This document shows positions 51,323-61,191 of a DNA stretch of 64,000 bases, one piece after another. The notes under the pieces are model-generated. The model had not been told where the DNA came from. It did no database searches and saw only the letters and a list, made by a program, of their open reading frames with translations. This DNA is from Raja brachyura (Eukaryota). The stretch is from positions 30,752,001 through 30,816,000 of the forward strand of contig OY740796.1 in assembly GCA_963514005.1 (NCBI GenBank), in the 5' to 3' direction. How positions within the stretch are numbered: position 1 is the stretch's first letter; each line of letters opens with the position of its first letter. Made by a program: the position numbers and the translations under genes.

Positions 51323-52537
51323 AAGTCGAAAGCAAGGTCGTGCAATATTGGAACTCATACATCCAGCACAGTGTTGTGTTGCTTATTGCTGGGGAGGCAA
51401 GAATTAAGAAAGGAGTGCACTTCTGTCTATGTAATGCCTACATTAACTCCCACACCAATTTGCAACCACCTATTCACATAAAATGACAGTACGAGAAAAA
51501 AAAATTGCTTTACCTGTTATTAATCCTCAAAGTAATTCACAATAGTTAGGAAAACTCTCCATTCAAAGGAGATAGCACAATAGCAATCAGAAACTGAAAG
51601 TTACTCGGCAACAGTGACGTGTTTGCTTAATACTCCTTTGATTTCAGAGAAGCGCACAACCAACATACTTAAAATACTTCTGACAACTTAAAGCTTTAAT
51701 CGGAGTAACTGAGTCAGCCCAATCATTTCAAATTACTCCTTTGATCCGTGTGTATTTAATATTCCTGGATAATTCCGGTAGTAGACCGGGGGTGGATGCA
51801 GGAAAAGACAAAGACAAAAGAAAAAAACTGCTCAGAATTCCACCGACAATCATATGTCTTGATATAAATCAGGGGATTTATTCAAATAACTACCCACGAG
51901 TTGCAGTTCACTCAATTTCTGAGAGGATCCAAAATTCTCCCTCCACTTAGCTTCCTTCAGCCTGCTATTCACTCTAGTGGCTTCTCAGTAGCTCAGTAAA
52001 AATAGTAAAGTAATCTAAGCTCACCGCCACATTGTACCTCCAATAAATTTGTACCGCCTCATTCATTGGACAAGCTTGGTCGCAGGATTGATGGACTGAG
52101 ATTTTGAGAAGGGCTTTTTTCTGCCCGTTTTTGTGTAAGCATCTTCTTTAGCTTGGTTTTGTTTATTATTGTCACGTGTACTGAGGTACAATGTAAAGAC
52201 TTTGTTGTGTGCTCTCCAGTCAGTGAAAATACTGTACAAAATTATAATCAAGCTGTCCACAGTGTACAGATACAAGATAGGGGTTTTTACGTTTAGTGCA
52301 AGATAAAGTCAAATCTGGTCCAACTAAAGGTAGTTCAAAGGTCTCCAATGAGGTAGATGGGAGGTCAGGAACACGCTCTAGCTGGTGAGAGGACAGTTCA
52401 GTTGCCTGATAACAGCTGGGAAGAAACTGTCCATTTCACATGAAATAAATCATTGCTTTGGAGTCAAATGGAATAAAGGACAATAAAGAGACTTCCTATC
52501 TTTCTTTACTACAGTTTCTGGTGTTAGGCTCCTTCGG

Positions 52538-53357
52538 TTGTGGGACATATCACTGATGGGGACGAGTCAGAGTATAGAAGTGAGATCGACCGAATGACCA
52601 AATGGTGCCAGCTCAATAACCTACCCCTCAACACCAGCAAAACCAAGGAACTGATTGGGGACTTTCGAAGGGGTAGGATGGGGACCCACAGTCCCGTTTA
52701 TATCAACGGGTCGATGGTGGGAAGGGTCAAGAGCTTCAAATTCCAGTGCGTGCATATCTCTGAAGATCTTTCCTGGTCCGAGAACACTGATGCAATTATA
52801 AAAAAAGTACATCAGCGCCTCTACTTCCTGAGAAGATTATGGAGAGTCGGTATGTCAAGGAGGACTCTCTCTAACTTCTACAGGTGCACAATAGAGAGCT
52901 TGCTGACCAGATGCATCTTGGCTTGGTTCGGCAACTTGAGCGCCCTGGAGTGGAAAAGACTACAAAAGGTAGTAAACACTGCCCAGTCCATCATCGGCTC
53001 TGACCTACCTTCCATCAAAGGGATCTATCGCAGTTGCTGCCTCAAAAAGGCTGGCAGCATCATTAAGGACCACACCATCCTGGCCACACAATCATCTCCC
53101 CGCTACCTTCAGGCAGAAGGTACAGGTGCCTGAAGACTGCAACGACCAGGTTCAGGAATAGCTACTTCCCCACAGCCATCAGGCTATTAAACTCGGCTCG
53201 GACAAAACTCTGAACATTAATAGCCCATTATCTGTTTATTTGCACTTTATCAGTTTATTTATTAATGTGTGTATATATTTATATAATGGTATATGGACAC
53301 ACTGATCTGTTCTGCATTATTGCCTACTGTGTTCTGGTGTGCGGAAGCAAAGCAAGA
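52538..53357 (+). mobile_element. Rex/Babar-like LINE, 5'-truncated; its last ~45 bp lie at 57324-57370, beyond the DIRS insertion
   Basis: ORF 52540-53133 (DESEYRSEI...WCQLNNLPLNTSKTKEL..DFRR...QRLYFLRRL...FYRCTIESLL) is typical of Rex1/Babar RT C-termini. Confidence 0.88.
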
Positions 53358-53554
53358 TTTTACTTCGGAGTCACGTGAGTGACTACGTGAAGAACCCCGT
53401 ACAGCCGTTGGTGCGTCATGACGTCAGACGCATTGGTGCAGTCGGCCGGTTGGAGCAGCAGCGCTCCTCCAAGCGGTAAGTTTAAAAACTCGAGGTAAGT
53501 TTTTAAAATTTTTCAGAGTTCATTTTCTGCGACGGTTGGTGAACGTTTTGGAGA

Positions 53555-54055
53555 ATGTTGCAGAAAGTGAAAAAGGTGGCGGCAAGGCGCTCCGGAGGGA
53601 AGAAGGTTGACGACCAGGAGAGTGTTGTTGGTGGAGGCCCGTCTTGTGCACCTGGTCCGATGCCGGCTATACAGCCAGCGATTGCGGACCCACTGCCTTC
53701 GAGCAGTGTAGGCTTGCCAGTAGGGCGGAAGGCCACTGGTAAGTCAGATAGGCCCGTTGACCCAGTGTCGGGCCTGGAGGTTCTACCCTCTATAGGAGAG
53801 TCCGTTTGCTCACGGCTCTCCCAGGTCGAGATTCTATTGCAAAGAATGCTCGACAGGGACCAGCTCCGGGAGGAGGAGTGGTGCCCAAGCCAGGCTGTTG
53901 GAGAGCCTGAGCCAGCAGCACCTTTTACAGGGCTGCAGGAATATCCTGCCTGTGAGGAGGATGTTCCAATGGTGCAGTTCGCTGACACCGAGTCTGTGGT
54001 GGGGGAGAGCAGTAAGGGAGTTAACGTCAGATGTGTTTATATTGAACAGTATTGA
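53555..54055 (+). CDS. DIRS ORF1 (gag-like), truncated by an internal deletion
   Basis: First long ATG ORF after the ITR; SRLSQVEILLQRMLDRDQL matches the motif in copies 1 and 4. It lacks the C-terminal half seen in copies 3 and 4. Confidence 0.7.
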   Translation: MLQKVKKVAARRSGGKKVDDQESVVGGGPSCAPGPMPAIQPAIADPLPSSSVGLPVGRKATGKSDRPVDPVSGLEVLPSIGESVCSRLSQVEILLQRMLDRDQLREEEWCPSQAVGEPEPAAPFTGLQEYPACEEDVPMVQFADTESVVGESSKGVNVRCVYIEQY

Positions 54056-55856
54056 AGGGGTAAAAATTGAATTTGACTCTAATGAGAGACCACCCACTCA
54101 ACATGCTCCAAGTCGGAAACTTATATTTTCAGATGAAGAAAATGTGCTTATACAAACAGAAATTAGTTCATTACACAAGAAAGGGGTAATTGAGACATCA
54201 GTCTATCAAAGTTGTCAATTCGTGTCAAGTATTTTTCCTAGGGCTAAAAAGACTGGGGGATGTAGAATTATCCTGGATTTAACAAGTTTGAACAAGTTTG
54301 TCTGTTATAGGCATTTCAAAATGGAAACATTTTCCACAGCCAAACATCTAATTTCCAAAGGGTGTTATATGGCTAGCATTGATTTGAAAGATGCATATTA
54401 CTCAGTGTCTATTCATGGTGATGATAGAAGATATTTGAAATTCATTTGGATGAGTCAGCTGTGGCAATTTAAGGCACTGCCTAATGGATTAACTTCAGCC
54501 CCTAGACTATTTACTAAATTGGTAAAACCTGTGTTAGCATTACTCAGAGCTCAGGGGCATGTGGTAATGGCCTATTTAGATGATATTCTGATTGTTGGAA
54601 AGACTCATGCTGAAGCTCTGTTGTCAGTTTCAGTTGTTAAGTTCACTTTTCAACAATTAGGGTTCGTTGTTCATCCAGATAAATCCAAATTATCACCAGT
54701 TCAAGTCATTGATTATTTGGGATTTACCATTAATTCAAATCACATGTTGGTATTTTTGCCCAGGGACAAATTGCAAGAGTTGATTGAGGATTGTGTTAAT
54801 CTCCTTGGAGAACAACGACCTTCAATTAGACAAGTAGCTCAGCTGATTGGTAAGCTGGTAGCTGCTTTTCCAGCTGTGCAGTATGGTCCTCTGCATTATC
54901 AACAATTACAACGATTAAAGGAACAGGCACTGAGAATACAAATGGGACATTTTGACAGGCCTATGCAGTTGTCAGCTGGGGCAATTTCCGACATACAATG
55001 GTGGATAGTAAATGCTCCAAAAAGTTTTAGGAAGGTTTCGGTGGAACCGCCTTCAATGGTATTACAGACTGATGTTAGTGCACTAGGCTGGGGTGCAACA
55101 GATTTGTCTTCCAGCTGTGGAGGTAGATGGAATGCGGAAGAGTCATCCCTGCTTCAATTGAGAGGGATCAATTATTTAGAGTTATTGGGAACCTGGTATG
55201 GCCTTAAGGCTTATTGTTCTACCAGTAGGGACTTGCATGTGCAGGTTCAGATTGACAACACCACAGCAGTGGCATATGTAAACCACATGGGTGGAGTCAA
55301 GTCACAGTCTTGTGATAGACTGGCTAACCAGGTTTGGAGCTGGTGCATTGACAAAAATATCTGGATTTCGGCAATTTATTTGCCAGGTTGATTTAACACG
55401 GTAGCTGACACTAGATCACGTCAGTTTAATGACAACATAGAATGGATGTTAAATCAGGATGTATTTAATCAAGTGGTTGTTCGGTATGGAATGCCAGACA
55501 TTGATTTGTTTGCATCTAGGTTAAATCATCAGTTGCCCAGATATGTTTCATGGGAACCAGATCCTGGTGCAGCAGCGGTAGACGCTTTCTCGCTGCATTG
55601 GGGAGGAATGTTTGTGTATGTATTTCCTCCATTCTGTCTCATCAGTAGATGCTTGCAAAAGGTCACGCAGGATTCTGCTTCAGGGATATTGGTAGTGCCG
55701 GATTGGCCTACACAAGCATGGTTTCCTCTGGTATTACAAATGGCTAGGGAGCCTCACATGATTATTCCCAAGAATGAAAATCTACTGGTAAATCCAGTAA
55801 CTGGGGATCAACATCCTTTACATGATCGTATTGATCTGTTGATTTGCAGATTTTGA
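53898..55856 (+). pseudogene. DIRS pol: reverse transcriptase - RNase H - adenine-methyltransferase-like domain, one in-frame TGA at 55389-55391
   Basis: RT motifs SIDLKDAYY, LPNGLTSAPRLF, YLDD; RNase H motifs QTDVS..GWG, INYLEL, IDNTTA; MT motifs IDLFAS...VDAF...VYVFPPF. ORFs 53898 and 55446 are in the same frame (YLPG*FNTVADTRSR). Confidence 0.93.
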
Positions 55857-56836
55857 GGAGGCCATACCTGGGGAGAGGACTGTCTGATCGTACTGTGGAT
55901 GTTCTCACGTCGGCCTGCAGGGATAGTACACAGAAGCAGTATGTCACCTCGATAAGGAAGTGGGAGCAATTCTGTCTACACCAGAACATTTCATATCAAA
56001 CTGCAGGCATTACAGATGTATTGGAGTTTTTGTCCAGTCTTTATTTTGATCAAAAATTAAGTTACAGTGCGATCAATACAGCCAGAAGTGCTCTGTCTTC
56101 TTATTTGGCCATGAATTCAGAATTGCGTTCAGTAGGGACACATCCGTTAGTTTCACGATTTATGAAGGGAGTTTTTAATTCTAATCCTCCTAAACCCAGG
56201 TATGCCGGTATTTGGAATGTGAGTGAAGTTTTTATGCTTCTTCGCCAGTGGGTTCCTGTTGCAAGCTTATCTTTAGCCAAATTAAGTTTGAAGCTGGTCA
56301 TGCTTATGGCGTTGGTTTCAGCCCAACGTGTACAAACTTTGCAAAAGCTACGGATAGACAGAATGCAGGTGTCGGCAGATGCCATTATATTTTATGTCTA
56401 TGATTTGCTTAAACATAGTAGAATCGGCATGACAGGATGTAAGGTTGTGTTTTCAGCATACCCCACAGATGATTGCTTGTGTGTAGTCTCACATTTATCT
56501 CGTTACATTGACGTTACTAAAGCCCTACGAGGAACAGAGTCTGCATTATTTATTAGCCACAAAAAACCACACAGTAAGGTGTCGGTGCAAACAATTTCAA
56601 GGTGGTTGAAGCAGGTTCTGGGAAGTGCTGGAATTGATACTGATAAATTCAAATCTCATTCCACCAGGGCGGCATCAACTTCCGCGGCAAGGGCGATGGA
56701 CGTGCCTATAGACCATATTCCCGCGGCCGCAGGATGGTCCAGTGAGCTGACTTTTGAAAAGTTTTACCACAAGCCGATTTCAAGGCTGGGGGTGTTTGCT
56801 GATTCTGTTTTGAGTTCTGTTATAGTTTCCCCCTGA
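55844..56836 (+). CDS. DIRS tyrosine recombinase (open frame, no ATG until codon 90)
   Basis: Catalytic motifs SAQRVQTL (R), HSTRAASTS (HxxR) and AAGWSSELTFEKFY (W...Y); N-terminal SAM-like region with SYSAINTARSALS. Confidence 0.93.
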   Translation: MQILRRPYLGRGLSDRTVDVLTSACRDSTQKQYVTSIRKWEQFCLHQNISYQTAGITDVLEFLSSLYFDQKLSYSAINTARSALSSYLAMNSELRSVGTHPLVSRFMKGVFNSNPPKPRYAGIWNVSEVFMLLRQWVPVASLSLAKLSLKLVMLMALVSAQRVQTLQKLRIDRMQVSADAIIFYVYDLLKHSRIGMTGCKVVFSAYPTDDCLCVVSHLSRYIDVTKALRGTESALFISHKKPHSKVSVQTISRWLKQVLGSAGIDTDKFKSHSTRAASTSAARAMDVPIDHIPAAAGWSSELTFEKFYHKPISRLGVFADSVLSSVIVSP

Positions 56837-57371
56837 GTTAGTGGGGTTTGTTGTGGTTTCGTTTGTAAATAAACTGTTATTCATTTAAGAAGCGTCATTA
56901 TTGATGTATTATTGATTGTTAACGACTTCCAGTCAATCAATGCAGTGTGAACGCTGGATTTGGGTCTGCGGCGTGAAATCACAGAGCTTTGAAGTCTTCA
57001 CGTAGTCACTCACGTGACTCCGAAGTAAAATAGTAAGATTAAACAAGAACTTACCAGTTTGAAGTTTGATCTTTATTTTATGAGGAGTCGAGTTGAGGGA
57101 CTACGTGCCCTCCGCTCCCAGCCCTCATAGATTTCATCTGGTAGTTCTAGTCTTCGTTATCTTACATTTATACTTCTGTTGTTGTTATCTGTGAGTTCAC
57201 TCCACTGCTTTGAAGATTGACGCACCAACGGCTGTACGGGGTTCTTCACGTAGTCCCTCAACTCGACTCCTCATAAAATAAAGATCAAACTTCAAACTGG
57301 TAAGTTCTTGTTTAATCTTACTAATTTAATTGTCCTATCAGGACAATAAACTCTCTTGAATTTTGAATCTA

Positions 57372-57580
57372 GATATTTCGTAGCGGCTCATAATGCCAGC
57401 TGTAGGTATTTGGGGCATCAGGTAAGGCGGGACGTTTTTTCAGCATGTTGAAAAATGTCCACGAGTGAAGAAAATAGCCCCGAGTACCTACGGCTGGCTA
57501 TTACCGTAATTCTTCGAGTTTGAATCAAGGGGAAAACTTGGGAGAATTCGTGATTAACTCGGGACAGTGGGACAGGGACT
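57372..57580. mobile_element. PIF/Harbinger-like MITE, right end
   Basis: Ends AGTGGGACAGGGACT|TAA and shares TTTTTCAGC.TG.T.A.AA..GTCCACGAGT with 45150-45182. Confidence 0.7.
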
Positions 57581-57602
57581 TAAGGCGTAGATATGGAGCA
57601 GC

Positions 57603-57912
57603 AGGGCAGCACGGTTGTGCAGTGGGAGAGTTGCTGCCTTAGAGCACCAGAGGCACGGGTTAGATCCCGACTACGGGTGCTGTCTGTACGGAGTTTGTAC
57701 GTTCTCCCTGTGACCATGTGGGTTTTCTCGGGGTGCACTGGTTTTCTCCCACATTCCTAAGATGTACAGGTTTCTAATTGGCATTTGTAAAATAATGTAA
57801 TTGTCCCTAACATGTAGGATAGTGCTAGTGTGCAGGGATCGCTGGTTGGCACGGACTTGATAGTCCGAAGGGCCTGTTTCCACGCTGTATCTCTAAATTA
57901 AACTAAACTAAG
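57603..57912 (+). mobile_element. HE1-like SINE
   Basis: Complete head, core and (CTAAA)n tail. Confidence 0.88.
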
Positions 57913-58374
57913 CAGACAAAATGTGTATGAAGGAACTGCAGATGCTGGTTTAATCCAAAGATAGACACAACATTTCAGTGGTAAGTTTGCTGAAAGTAAT
58001 GACAAGGAGATGGAAGCAGATGTAGAGAGGATCAGAAGAATGAGCTTCAGCAGCAGACAAGACGGGTGATGGAATTGGTGGGTGGGGAATGGGAAACAAA
58101 GTCCATGTGATATCCAGAGGATGTGAAGTGGGGTGCTGAATATCATACTTCTTCTCCCATATACAGTAGATTGGACCATAGCACAGGAATGGACACAAAG
58201 TACTGGAGTAACTTGATGATTCAGGCAGCATTTCTGGAGAATCTGCCTCAGTACTCTTCTTCCTACACTCTGCCGAAACAATACTCTGTTCCAGCACAGG
58301 ATTACTTAAGCTTTTCCGTTGCCAACAAGATGTCAGGGAGCTGAGGTCCAGCCTATTGGGACAACCTGCATCTG

Positions 58375-59617
58375 CTCACTTTATGAGGTCAAGATTCAAG
58401 AGTGTTTTATTGTCATACTAGACCAAGTATGGCATTTCTCTTTGACTGTTCTTGAAGTCAATGAATCGGGTACATAGTCTGAAATTTCTACAACTCAATA
58501 CTTCTTGGTGATTTTATGGAATTAGATGTGAGTAGCAGGTGACTTACCACACGTTTTGCAAGTGGGATCTCAGAAACATTGGGGGTTGGGTCAAAGATGA
58601 CAATAACAGGAGGGTGACTGAGGCCTGAGCACAAAGTTCAGCTTTAAACAGAGTTTTAAACAGCATGAGGGAAATTCTCAAAAGACGTGTCTTCAGCCTA
58701 GGCAGCTGAGTATATTTTGCAACACCAATAGTGGCAGGAGGGGTGTAACCTGCTCCAGGAAGGCTGGATATTGACCTCCCGACCTTTGAGGGATCTACGA
58801 GAGTGGCTGTCACACAAAAGGCAGGCAGCATCATCAGACACCACCTTGGCCAGCATCATCAGACACCACCTTGGCCATTTTGTTTCTCCATCGGGAAGAA
58901 GGTATAGGAGTCTGAAAATTGTAAACGTCCAGGTTCAGGAGCAGCTTCTTCCCTACAACCATCAGGCTATTAAATACGCCAACCTCCAAATAGGCTCCGA
59001 ACTACATGGACTTGGGGGCATTATTTTTCACTTGGCACTATTATCGGCTTTTTTTTTAATATACATATATATAGGGAAATTTTTGTGTTGTTAATATTCC
59101 GGTAGAGATTTTTCCCCTGGAGTCCAAAACTATTTATCTGAAAATTTCAGGCTTTATTTCTTGACATTACTGAAAATGTTTAAAAATACTTTGAATTTAC
59201 TGTTAAAAATCATACCTCACAGCTTCCAACACACTTTGATACAAAGTTGCAAGACAGGAACACTGCCAGGAACACTCTGAACTTTTTAGCTCAATGGCAT
59301 CTCACAGCAAGTGCACCCGACATTTGCAACAATGTAGCCATAATAGCTCCTGGCAGGACAGGAGGGGGAGGGTCAATTGGTATTGGAATTGGGGATTGAT
59401 TTTTTTTCAACTCCAGTGCTGGGGGGAGCTCACGAGCTATGATCTTTGCTGAGGAGTGCTTGAATCTTACCTTTGGCAACGTGTTGAGTTGGAGGACCAC
59501 GCCTCCCGTGGGGACTATGGGTAGGAGACGGGTGCATTGGGGGAGCAGACCCAACGGGTCTGCACTTGGTCTAGTATGACAATAAAACACTCTTGAATCT
59601 TGACCTCATAAAGTGAG
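58375..59617. repeat. Perfect 54-bp inverted repeat (58375-58428 / 59564-59617) around 1135 bp
   Basis: CTCACTTTATGAGGTCAAGATTCAAGAGTGTTTTATTGTCATACTAGACCAAGT and its exact reverse complement. Confidence 0.95.
59480..59574 (+). mobile_element. Helitron-like 3' terminus
   Basis: GC-rich hairpin GCAGACCC-AAC-GGGTCTGC (59545-59563), then 7 nt, then CTAG|T. The 5' extent is unknown. Confidence 0.6.
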
Positions 59618-60954
59618 GGGAGTGGAGAGAATGAACCTATGTGAGCTGCACCCCCAACCAAACAGTTAATGCCATTTGGCTAGAGGTCTTGTAACCAGAA
59701 CTATCCAGCAGGCACAAGGATGTAGCTTGCATGGTGGTGAGAGAGGATTAGCCAGTGCAGTACTTTGAACACACTTAGATTCTTAGTATGGCTGTAGTGT
59801 CTCCTCAAAGCCACAACAAGGCAGGATTGATCGTTCTTCTTCTGCTGAGATTTCCTATTCCACAAAAATAATGTAGAGGGATGTCTTGGTATCTATCTTG
59901 GTTCACCCTCAGCTGGTCCAGAACACATGATCCAAGCTCTCTGGGTAGTTCTTAGTGTGTTTACCATGGTAATTGCTCTGGAAAGAGCATTAACTCAACG
60001 AAACATCCGTGAGAGACATATAGAAAATAGGATCATCCAGTGTTGCTGTCTAGCAGTCTTGAAGTGTTGTTCCATGCTCTGCAGGATAATCAAGCAATGC
60101 AAAAAGCCCACAGGAAGAGATCTGAATAATGACAATTCTCCGGCCTACACATTGTGTGAGTGGGCTTAGACAATGCAGACATTTCAATGTAAAAATTAAA
60201 TTAATGATGATATGAATAATATACAAATATAATCATGTAAAGCATTGTCTGCACTCGTAATAACTGCCCATGAATAACTTTTTGAGGAGATACTTTCTAA
60301 AATAAATAATGGGGATTTAAATAAAAAGATGGAAAGTTTCAATCTGCAACCATGGGTGGAGTGAAAGGCAATGTAGACCATTGGGACGAGGTGGCAGATG
60401 TTGTGATTATGGTGGGAAAGCTCAACATGCCCCAAGAATGTCTGACTCTGTGTGGATAGAAACTGTGCCCCGACCTCTTCACCTACAACCAGTGTGGGTG
60501 AATGCTACTGGAAGCAGTTGGCTGAGAAGATTAACACCACAGACTAGATTGGAAGCCTGACATGTTATGCAAACACAGAACACCCCAACCACCATGCTTG
60601 CACCAATAACCCAACATCAGCCCCACCCAATGTCTAATCTATTAAACATGTCTTTAGTTAGATCTTTTGTTCAGTCTCTGGTACCTGTCCTACTCTCCCT
60701 TTAAATAGCTCATTGTCAAATACAGATGCATTAGGATGTCAGGGGTGAAGGCATGAGAATGGAGTTGAGAGGGAAAGATAGATCAGCCATGATTGTATGG
60801 CTGAGGAGACTTGATGGACCAAATGGCCTAATTCTGTTCTGAGAATTAATGAACATGTTATGCACCTGTGAACAGTGTTGGGACATTTTACTGTAACACC
60901 ACTGACTAGCATCTTTTGAAATCCTATTCCTTGATCCTATTGATCATAACTGGC

Positions 60955-61191
60955 TTACCAATTTAAGACAGAGGGTTGTGGTGATAAGAGGATATTCAGG
61001 CTGGAGGTCTGTGACCAATAGAGTTCTGCTGGGATCTGTGCAGGGACCTCTGCTGTATGCGATATATATAAATTACCTGTACATAAATGCAGATGGGTTA
61101 GTTAGCAAGTTTGCAGATGACATCAAGATTGCTAGGGTCACGGACTGGGAGGAAGGCTGTCAAAGTATATGTCAGCTACAGAAATGTGCAA
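60955..61191 (+). mobile_element. CR1-like RT fragment interrupted by DIRS copy 4
   Basis: ORF 60978: GSVQGPLLYAIYINYL...SKFADDIKI. Confidence 0.8.

Larger units (their letters stand above)
53358..57323 (+). mobile_element. DIRS-type retrotransposon, copy 2: both termini and ICR intact
   Basis: 53381-53418 is complementary to the right ITR at ~57219-57256. ICR 56995-57030 complements the left end 53358-53393, and 57031-57107 complements the right end 57247-57323. No TSD. ORF1, RT/RH/MT and YR are present. Confidence 0.97.

Noticed and set aside
1557-52275. Most short ORFs in the supplied track
   Set aside because: They are antisense or off-frame readings of SINE, LINE and low-complexity DNA, many with non-ATG starts.
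55446-56836. Prophage or bacterial contamination (integrase plus Dam-like methylase)
   Set aside because: Both are standard DIRS domains, the methylase is in frame with the RT, and the unit is bounded by ITR/ICR inside a vertebrate LINE.
58827-58876. 25-bp tandem duplication (also 19-bp at ~35287 and 22-bp at ~38788/38845)
   Set aside because: Ordinary slippage duplications inside decayed TEs.
59927-60545. Faint Harbinger transposase or Myb-like similarity (RNIRERH…; YWKQLAEKIN)
   Set aside because: Too short and degenerate to support without a profile search.
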